Assembly (NCBI RefSeq): GCF_006345805.1
Contig: NC_042997.1
Span: forward strand, 118,296,001 to 118,360,000
DNA length: 64,000 nucleotides
Direction of reading: 5' to 3'
Source of the DNA: Octopus sinensis
Lineage: Eukaryota
Shown: piece after piece, positions 54,101 to 64,000 of the stretch
Layout: every line of letters begins with the position of its first letter
Position numbering within the stretch: position 1 is the stretch's first letter
Made by a program: the position numbers and the translations under genes
Notes under the pieces: model-generated
The model's database searches: none
Seen by the model: only the letters and a program-made list of their open reading frames with translations
What the model was told of the DNA's origin: nothing

Positions 54101-57100
54101 TGAGAATTTTCCGGTTTAGTAAATGTTTTTATCTTCATTTCACTTAATTTATCAAGCTTCTGTATTCCTAGCACATATTTCGCCTTAATGTACTGATATA
54201 GAAAAAATATATGGCTTGTGTTAGTAATACCAGCGATTATAATTATTTTTTTATTCTATCGCAATTTGATTTGTTTACATATTTCTCGATAAATTATGAG
54301 CGCCAGGCGATATACCAGAATTCCCTAGTGTTGTCGGGACGTTCGGAGTCTGCGCAGTGATATGATTAGTTAGGAAGAGTAACTCATTAGACGCACATGC
54401 TTCTAGTGAGTTAGGATCCCAGAAAAACAGGGTCTCACTGATGAATTCTCCCTGGGCAAATAAATTATCTTGTTTGCTGAATTAGAAAGAAACTGCAGTC
54501 TGAGAATTTTCCGGTTTAGTAAATGTTTTTATCTTCATTTCACTTAATTTATCAAGCTTCTGTATTCCTAGCATATTTCGCCTTAATGTACTGATATATG
54601 AAAAATATATGGCTTGTGTTAGTAATACCAGCGATTATAATTATTTTTTTATTCTATCGCAATTTGATTTGTTTACATATTTCTCGATAAATTATGAGCG
54701 CCAGGCGATATACCAGAATTCCCTAGTGTTGTCGGGACGTTCGGAGTCTGCGCAGTGATATGATTAGTTAGGAAGAGTAACTCATTAGACGCACATGCTT
54801 CTAGTGAGTTAGGATCCCAGAAAAACAGGGTCTCACTGATGAATTCTCCCTGGGCAAATAAATTATCTTGTTTGCTGAATTAGAAAGAAACTGCAGTCTG
54901 AGAATTTTCCGGTTTAGTAAATGTTTTTATCTTCATTTCACTTAATTTATCAAGCTTCTGTATTCCTAGCACATATTTCGCCTTAATGTACTGATATATG
55001 AAAAATATATGGCTTGTGTTAGTAATACCAGCGATTATAATTATTTTTTTATTCTATCGCAATTTGATTTGTTTACATATTTCTCGATAAATTATGAGCG
55101 CCAGGCGATATACCAGAATTCCCTAGTGTTGTCGGGACGTTCGGAGTCTGCGCAGTGATATGATTAGTTAGGAAGAGTAACTCATTAGACGCACATGCTT
55201 CTAGTGAGTTAGGATCCCAGAAAAACAGGGTCTCACTGATGAATTCTCCCTGGGCAAATAAATTATCTTGTTTGCTGAATTAGAAAGAAACTGCAGTCTG
55301 AGAATTTTCCGGTTTAGTAAATGTTTTTATCTTCATTTCACTTAATTTATCAAGCTTCTGTATTCCTAGCACATATTTCGCCTTAATGTACTGATATATG
55401 AAAAATATATGGCTTGTGTTAGTAATACCAGCGATTATAATTATTTTTTATTCTTCGCAATTTGATTTGTTTACATATTTCTCGATAAATTATGAGCGCC
55501 AGGCGATATACCAGAATTCCCTAGTGTTGTCGGGACGTTCGGAGTCTGCGCAGTGATATGATTAGTTAGGAAGAGTAACTCATTAGACGCACATGCTTCT
55601 AGTGAGTTAGGATCCCAGAAAAACAGGGTCTCACTGATGAATTCTCCCTGGGCAAATAAATTATCTTGTTTGCTGAATTAGAAAGAAACTGCAGTCTGAG
55701 AATTTTCCGGTTTAGTAAATGTTTTTATCTTCATTCACTTAATTTATCAAGCTTCTGTATTCCTAGCACATATTTCGCCTTAATGTACTGATATATGAAA
55801 AATTATGGCTTGTGTTAGTAATACCAGCGATTATAATTATTTTTTTTCTATCGCAATTTGATTTGTTTACATATTTCTCGATAAATTATGAGCGCCAGGC
55901 GATATACCAGAATTCCCTAGTGTTGTCGGGACGTTCGGAGTCTGCGCAGTGATATGATTAGTTAGGAAGAGTAACTCATTAGACGCACATGCTTCTAGTG
56001 AGTTAGGATCCCAGAAAAACAGGGTCTCACTGATGAATTCTCCCTGGGCAAATAAATATCTTGTTTGCTGAATTAGAAAGAAACTGCAGTCTGAGAATTT
56101 TCCGGTTTAGTAAATGTTTTTATCTTCATTTCACTTAATTTATCAAGCTTCTGTATTCCTAGCACATATTTCGCCTTAATGTACTGATATATGAAAAATA
56201 TATGGCTTGTGTTAGTAATACCAGCGATTATAATTATTTTTTTATCTATCGCAATTTGATTTGTTTACATATTTCTCGATAAATTATGAGCGCCAGGCGA
56301 TATACAGAATTCCCTAGTGTTGTCGGGACGTTCGGAGTCTGCGCAGTGATATGATTAGTTAGGAAGAGTAACTCATTAGACGCACATGCTTCTAGTGAGT
56401 TAGGATCCCAGAAAAACAGGGTCTCACTGATGAATTCTCCCTGGGCAAATAAATTATCTTGTTTGCTGAATTAGAAAAAACTGCAGTCTGAGATTTTCCG
56501 GTTAGTAAATGTTTTTATCTTCATTTCACTTAATTTATCAAGCTTCTGTATTCCTAGCACATATTTCGCCTTAATGTACTGATATATGAAAAATATATGG
56601 CTTGTGTTAGTAATACCAGCGATATAATTATTTTTTTATTCTATCGCATTTGATTTGTTTACATATTTCTCGATAAATTATGAGCGCCAGGCGCGATATA
56701 CCAGAATTCCCTAGTGTTGTCGGGACGTTCGGAGTCTGCGCGCAGTGATATGTGATTAGTTAGGAAGAGTAACTCATTAGACGCACATGCTTCTAGTGAG
56801 TTAGGATCCAGAAAAACGGTCTCACTGATGAATTCTCCCTGGGCAAATAAATTATCTTGTTTGCTGAATTAGAAAGAAACTGCAGTCTGAGAATTTTCCG
56901 GTTTAGTAAATGTTTTTATCGTCATTTCACTTAATTTATCAAGTCGTATCTAGCACATATTCGCCTTAAGTATGATATATGAAAAATATATGGCTTGTGT
57001 TAGTAATCCAGCGATTTTATTGTTTATTTCGAAATTTTTTATCCTTAATTGTTATAGTTCTACAATTTGAATTATTATAAATATATCCAGTTAAAATATG

Positions 57101-60100
57101 GTAGTTTATTAAAAACAATATTATGTTCATAATGTTAATAATATTTTTTTTAATTAAATTTTTTATCTTAAGTTTGATTTTTATAAATTAAAAATTTATT
57201 GATAAAAAAAAATATATTATATTATAATTATTTTTTTATCTATCGCAATTTGATTGTTTACATATTTCTCGATAATTATGAGCGCCAGGCGATTATACCA
57301 GAATTCCCTAGTGTTGTCGGGACGTTCGGAGTCTGCGCAGTGATATGATTAGTTAGGAAGAGTAACTCATTAGACGCACATGCTTCTAGTGAGTTAGGAT
57401 CCCAGAAAAACAGGGTCTCACTGATGAATTCTCCCTGGGCAAATAAATTATCTTGTTTGCTGAATTAGAAAGAAACTGCAGTCTGAGAATTTTCCGGTTT
57501 AGTAAATGTTTTTATCTTCATTTCACTTAATTTATCAAGCTTCTGTATTCCTAGCACATATTTCGCTTAATGTACTGATATATGAAAAATATATGGCTGT
57601 GTTAGTAATACCAGCGATTATAATTATTTTTTATTCTATCGCAATTTGATTTGTTTACATATTTCTCGATAAATTATGAGCGCCAGGCGATATACCAGAA
57701 TTCCCTAGTGTTGTGTCGGGACGTTCGGAGTCTGCGCAGTGATATGATTAGTTAGGAAGAGTAACTCATTAGACGCACATGCTTCTAGTGAGTTAGGATC
57801 CCAGAAAAACAGGGTCTCACTGATGAATTCTCCCTGGGCAAATAAATTATCTTGTTTGCTGAATTAGAAAGAAACTGCAGTCTGAGAATTTTCCGGTTTA
57901 GTAAATGTTTTTATCTTCATTTCACTTAATTTATCAAGCTTCTGTATTCCTAGCACATATTTCGCCTTAATGTACTGATATATGAAAAATATATGGCTTG
58001 TGTTAGTAATACCAGCGATTATAATTATTTTTTTATTCTATCGCAATTTGATTTGTTTACATATTTCTCGATAAATTATGAGCGCCAGGCGATATACCAG
58101 AATTCCCTAGTGTTGTCGGGACGTTCGGAGTCTGCGCAGTGATATGATTAGTTAGGAAGAGTAACTCATTAGACGCACATGCTTCTAGTGAGTTAGGATC
58201 CAGAAAAACAGGGTCTCACTGATGAATTCTCCCTGGGCAAATAAATTATCTTGTTTGCTGAATTAGAAAGAAACTGCAGTCTGAGAATTTTCCGGTTTAG
58301 TAAATGTTTTTATCTTCATTTCACTTAATTTATCAAGCTTCTGTATTCCTAGCACATATTTCGCCTTAATGTACTGATATATGAAAAATATATGGCTTGT
58401 GTTAGTAATACCAGCGATTATAATTATTTTTTTATTCTATCGCAATTTGATTTGTTTACATATTTCTCGATAAATTATGAGCGCCAGGCGATATACCAGA
58501 ATTCCCTAGTGTTGTCGGGACGTTCGGAGTCTGCGCAGTGATATGATTAGTTAGGAAGAGTAACTCATTAGACGCACATGCTTCTAGTGAGTTAGGATCC
58601 CAGAAAAACAGGGTCTCACTGATGAATTCTCCCTGGGCAAATAAATTATCTTGTTTGCTGAATTAGAAAGAAACTGCAGTCTGAGAATTTTCCGGTTTAG
58701 TAAATGTTTTTATCTTCATTTCACTTAATTTATCAAGCTTCTGTATTCCTAGCACATATTTCGCCTTAATGTACTGATATATGAAAAATATATGGCTGTG
58801 TTAGTAATACCAGCGATTATAATTATTTTTTATTCTATCGCAATTTGATTTGTTTACATATTTCTCGATAAATTATGAGCGCCAGGCGATATACCAGAAT
58901 TCCCTAGTGTTGTCGGGACGTTCGGAGTCTGCGCAGTGATATGATTAGTTAGGAAGAGTAACTCATTAGACGCACATGCTTCTAGTGAGTTAGGATCCAG
59001 AAAAACAGGGTCTCACTGATGAATTCTCCCTGGGCAAATAAATTATCTTGTTTGCTGAATTAGAAAGAAACTGCAGTCTGAGAATTTTCGGTTTAGTAAA
59101 TGTTTTTATCTTCATTTCACTTAATTTATCAAGCTTCTGTATTCCTAGCACATATTTCGCCTTAATGTACTGATATATGAAAAATATATGGCTTGTGTTA
59201 GTAATACCAGCGATTATAATTATTTTTTTATTCTATCGCAATTTGATTTGTTTACATATTTCTCGATAAATTATGAGCGCCAGGCGATATACCAGAATCC
59301 CTAGTGTTGTCGGGACGTTCGGAGTCTGCGCAGTGATATGATTAGTTAGGAAGAGTAACTCATTAGACGCACATGCTTCTAGTGAGTTAGGATCCAGAAA
59401 AACAGGGTCTCACTGATGAATTCTCCTGGGCAAATAATTATCTTGTTTGCTGAATTAGAAAGAAACTGCAGTCTGAGAATTTTCCGGTTTAGTAAATGTT
59501 TTTATCTTCATTTCACTTAATTTATCAAGCTTCTGTATTCCTAGCACATATTTCGCCTTAATGTACTGATATATGAAAAATATATGGCTTGTGTTAGTAA
59601 TACCAGCGATTATAATTTTTTTTTATTCTATCGCAATTTGATTTGTTTACATATTTCTCGATAAATTATGAGCGCCAGGCGATATACCAGAATTCCCTAG
59701 TGTTGTCGGGACGTTCGGAGTCTGCGCAGTGATATGATTAGTTAGGAAGAGTAACTCATTAGACGCACATGCTTCTAGTGAGTTAGGATCCCAGAAAAAC
59801 AGGGTCTCACTGATGAATTCTCCCTGGGCAAATAAATTATCTTGTTTGCTGAATTAGAAAGAAACTGCAGTCTGAGAATTTTCCGGTTTAGTAAATGTTT
59901 TTATCTTCATTTCACTTATTTATCAAGCTTCTGTATTCCTAGCACATATTTCGCCTTAATGTACTGATATATGAAAAATATATGGCTTGTGTTAGTAATA
60001 CCAGCGATTATAATTATTTTTTATTCTATCGCAATTTGATTTGTTTACATATTTCTCGATAAATTATGAGCGCCAGGCGATATACCAGAATTCCCTAGTG

Positions 60101-62431
60101 TTGTGGACGTTCGGAGTCTGCGCAGTGATATGATTAGTTAGGAAGAGTAACTCATTAGACGCACATGCTTCTAGTGAGTTAGGATCCCAGAAAAACAGGG
60201 TCTCACTGATGAATTCTCCCTGGGCAAATAAATTATCTTGTTTGCTGAATTAGAAAGAAACTGCAGTCTGAGAATTTTCCGGTTTAGTAAATGTTTTTAT
60301 CTTCATTTCACTTAATTTATCAAGCTTCTGTATTCCTAGCACATATTTCGCCTTAATGTACTGATATATGAAAAATATATGGCTTGTGTTAGTAATACCA
60401 GCGATTATAATTATTTTTTATTCTATCGCAATTTGATTTGTTTACATATTTCTCGATAAATTATGAGCGCCAGGCGATATACCAGAATTCCCTAGTGTTG
60501 TCGGGACGTTCGGAGTCTGCGCAGTGATATGATTAGTTAGGAAGAGTAACTCATTAGACGCACATGCTTCTAGTGAGTTAGGATCCCAGAAAAACAGGGT
60601 CTCACTGATGAATTCTCCCTGGGCAAATAAATTATCTTGTTTGCTGAATTAGAAAGAAACTGCAGTCTGAGAATTTTCCGGTTTAGTAAATGTTTTTATC
60701 TTCATTTCACTTAATTTATCAAGCTTCTGTATCCTAGCACATATTTCGCCTTAATGTACTGATATATGAAAAATATGGCTTGTGTTAGTAATACCAGCGA
60801 TTATAATTATTTTTTATTCTATCGCAATTTGATTTGTTTACATATTTCTCGATAAATTATGAGCGCCAGGCGATATACCAGAATTCCCTAGTGTTGTCGG
60901 GACGTTCGGAGTCTGCGCAGTGATATGATTAGTTAGGAAGAGTAACTCATTAGACGCACATGCTTCTAGTGAGTTAGGATCCCAGAAAAACAGGGTCTCA
61001 CTGATGAATTCTCCCTGGGCAAATAAATTATCTTGTTTGCTGAATTAGAAAGAAACTGCAGTCTGAGAATTTTCGGTTTAGTAAATGTTTTTATCTTCAT
61101 TTCACTTAATTTATCAAGCTTCTGTATTCCTAGCACATATTTCGCCTTAATGTACTGATATATGAAAAATATATGGCGTTGTGTTAGTAATACCAGCGAT
61201 TATAATTATTTTTTTATTCTATCGCAATTTGATTTGTTTACATATTTCTCGATAAATTATGAGCGCCAGGCGATATACCAGAATTCCCTAGTGTTGTCGG
61301 GACGTTCGGAGTCTGCGCAGTGATATGATTAGTTAGGAAGAGTAACTCATTAGACGCACATGCTTCTAGTGAGTTAGGATCCCAGAAAAACAGGGTCTCA
61401 CTGATGAATTCTCCCTGGGCAAATAAATTATCTTGTTTGCTGATTAGAAAGAAACTGCAGTCTGAGAATTTTCGGGTTAGTAAATGTTTTTATCTTCATT
61501 TCACTTAATTTATCAAGCTTCTGTATTCCTAGCACATATTTCGCCTTAATGTACTGATATATGAAAAATATATGGCTTGTGTTAGTAATACCAGCGATTA
61601 TAATTATTTTTTTATTCTATCGCAATTTGATTTGTTTACATATTTCTCGATAAATTATGAGCGCCAGGCGATATACCAGAATCCCTAGTGTTGTCGGGAC
61701 GTTCGGAGTCTGCGCAGTGATATGATTAGTTAGGAAGAGTAACTCATTAGACGCACATGCTTCTAGTGAGTTAGGATCCCAGAAAAACAGGGTCTCACTG
61801 ATGAATTCTCCCTGGGCAAATAAATTATCTTGTTTGCTGAATTAGAAAGAAACTGCAGTCTGAGAATTTTCCGGTTTAGTAAATGTTTTTATCTTCATTT
61901 CACTTAATTTATCAAGCTTCTGTATTCCTAGCACATATTCGCCTTAATGTACTGATATATGAAAAATATATGGCTTGTGTTAGTAATACCAGCGATTATA
62001 ATTATTTTTTTATTCTATCGCAATTTGATTGTTTACATATTTCTCGATAAATTATGAGCGCCAGGCGATATACCAGAATTCCCTAGTGTTGTGGACGTTC
62101 GGAGTCTGCGCAGTGATATGATTAGTTAGGAAGAGTAACTCATTAGACGCACATGCTTCTAGTGAGTTAGGATCCCAGAAAAACAGGGTCTCACTGATGA
62201 ATTCTCCCTGGGCAAATAAATATCTGTTTGCTGAATTAGAAAGAAACTGCAGTCTGAGAATTTTCCGGTTTAGTAAATGTTTTTATCTTCATTTCACTTA
62301 ATTTATCAAGCTTCTGTATTCCTAGCACATATTTCGCCTTAATGTACTGATATATGAAAAATATATGGCTTGTGTTAGTAATACCAGCGATTATAATTAT
62401 TTTTTTATTCTATCGCAATTTGATTTGTTTA
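51148..62431 (+). repeat. Tandem array of 28 near-identical 400-bp units (last unit partial), candidate non-LTR retrozyme array
   Basis: GAATTCCCTAGTGTTGTCGG recurs at 51921, 52321, 52721 and 53121 (exact 400-bp period). I counted 28 unit starts (GTTCGGAGTCTG) from 51149 to 62097. The ORF track has no ORF of 60 aa or more starting before 62354 within the array. The right end abuts (TA)n. Confidence 0.97.
52036..52108 (+). ncRNA. Type I hammerhead ribozyme motif (representative; one per array unit, first at 51239-51310)
   Basis: Stem I TCTCA(52036-40)/TGAGA(52104-08); core CTGATGA (52041-47); 44-nt stem II with TTCT/AGAA and GGCAAATA/TGTTTGCT; GAAA (52092-95); palindromic stem III ACTGCAGT; GUC cleavage triplet (52101-03). 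The 10.1/11.1 position is A.A, which is non-canonical. Confidence 0.75.
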
Positions 62432-62526
62432 TATATATATTATATATATATATATATATATCCCTTCATTTATATCTATCTATATATACATATACATATA
62501 TATATGTATATATATCCCTTCATCTA

Positions 62527-62578
<52 letters not shown>

Positions 62579-62581
62579 CTC

Positions 62582-62634
<53 letters not shown>

Positions 62635-62695
62635 ATATATATATATATATAATATATATATATATATATTATATATATATATTATATATATATAT
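62431..62695. repeat. (TA)n/(TATC)n microsatellite abutting the array end
   Basis: Directly visible. Confidence 0.95.
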
Positions 62696-63309
62696 GATGG
62701 TCATCTTAATAGCTTCTCAATAAATACGCACTGTCTATGGGCTAGTTACGGTAGTACAATGTATATTGATTATGATGCACAGATGGTTATTTTAATTAAG
62801 TACTGCTTCAATTACGTTTACTGGTTAATGTATATCTTATATACGAGCGTGAACACACACACACCACACACACCACACACACACCACACACACTCACACA
62901 CACACACACGCACACACACATATATATATATGATGTATGTTTGTATGTCTATGTAATATGTAGAACGCTAACACTTCACTAAGTTTTTTTACCTTCAAAC
63001 ACTGTTACATGGAAACATCTACTGAAATTCAATTCCATGACGCGATGAATAATAACAATTTGATGTATAATACCGTATTTGATATTTATAATATAATATG
63101 GAAAAAATATTCAGTCTTATTATTATATTACTGAGAATATATATAAATAATGTTAGAAGCATGTGTAATTCAGGCGCAAGCGTGGCTTCCCAACCACATG
63201 GTTGCGTGTTCAGTCGCACTGCGTGGCACCTTGGGCAAGTTTCTTCTATTATAGTCTTGGGACAATGAAAGCCTTGTAAGTGGATTTCGTAGACGGAAAC
63301 TCAAAGACA

Positions 63310-63790
63310 TGAATCTGGAGAAGAAGCACACTTTTTTTTAGAAAAAAACATAAATCTGAGGAAGAAACACACTTAAAGAAGTAGAGCAGTGTATATTTTT
63401 TCCTGGTGAAGGCCTGTTAATAGAGTTACCCTGGGTTTCCCGTCCATGAAGGGTTTAACTTTATGGCGCATCTTCAGACATATGACCTCTTTAAAATATG
63501 GAAGGCAATAGTCTAGATTATCTACTTTTGCTAATGGCTATCGACTTCTGGACGTGTTGCCACCGATCAACAATAAAGGTAAACAATAGGGGGTTAACTC
63601 CCTCTCCTGTTAGCCATCAACTTCCGTCGGTTCCGAAAAAGCCACTAGAAGTCTAAAATGCAGACATGGCCCAAAAATCTCCGTTCTGGAGTTAAGTATA
63701 GCCCCTTGCTCGATTGAGTCCCTCAGGATTCTCGTGCGTTCAGCGATGCATAGCTTGCAGCGATTCGTCCCGTTAATGTAGGGGCCTGTA
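63310..63790 (-). mobile_element. Penelope-like element 3' fragment (GIY-YIG endonuclease C-terminus plus 3' pLTR)
   Basis: Translation GPYINGTNRCKLCIAERTRIL...ILNSRTEIFGPCLH matches the C-x2-C / LNxRxE-x3-CxH tail of PLE GIY-YIG domains; stop at 63610. Confidence 0.8.
63422..63490 (-). ncRNA. Hammerhead-like motif downstream of a Penelope GIY-YIG stop codon
   Basis: Minus strand GT-CTGAAGA-[31-nt hairpin with CCAT/ATGG]-GAAAC-CCAGG-GTA-AC. Stem I is weak (2 bp contiguous). Confidence 0.45.
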
Positions 63791-64000
63791 TAATTTGTGT
63801 GTCGATGTTTGTCCCTCCCTGCCACCATCAACGCTTGAGAACCGATGTTGGTGTGTTTACGCCCCCGTAACTTAGCGATTCGTTCGACTAAAGGCGGTGC
63901 GACAGCATGGCCGCAGTCAAATGACTGAAACCAATAAATGAATAAAAGAATAAAAGAATATATATATCTTCAGAAAGTGAAAATTCATTTAGCAACAACA

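Larger units (their letters stand above)
63168..63955 (+). mobile_element. SINE family C split by a Penelope fragment (head 63168-63305, tail 63790-63955)
   Basis: Head ends at GACGGAAACTCAAAGA; tail resumes at TGTGTGTC..GTTTGTCCC, where the internal microsatellite normally sits. Confidence 0.75.

Noticed and set aside
51148-62431. Array as a CRISPR array, 5S rDNA, snRNA/SL RNA cluster or C/D snoRNA cluster (TGATGA and CTGA are present)
   Set aside because: There are no variable spacers and no recognisable 5S/U/SL sequence. TGATGA and CTGA are better explained as the hammerhead core and the cleavage-site/stem I junction.

Overview
AT-rich, microsatellite-dense eukaryotic non-coding DNA, most likely cephalopod (Octopus-like). 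This is inferred from the tRNA-derived SINE families and repeat landscape, not from a database search. No intact host gene is recognisable, and almost all ORF-track entries are translations of microsatellites or SINEs. The window holds about 30 SINE copies of four main families, a full-length decayed mariner, a decayed maT/DD37D-like transposon, two R4/Dong-like retrotransposon fragments sitting in (CATA)n, a CR1-like LINE 3' fragment, Penelope-like RT and GIY-YIG fragments, and several foldback elements. The dominant structure is an 11.3-kb tandem array (51148-62431) of 28 near-identical 400-bp non-coding units. Each unit carries a type I hammerhead ribozyme motif with a palindromic stem III and an unusually long stem II, and the rest of the unit folds into long hairpins, consistent with a retrozyme/circRNA locus. 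A second hammerhead family with the same long-stem-II architecture occurs three times (34801, 35296, 48812) and shows four compensatory base-pair changes between diverged copies. All folds were read by eye; none was computed or tested.
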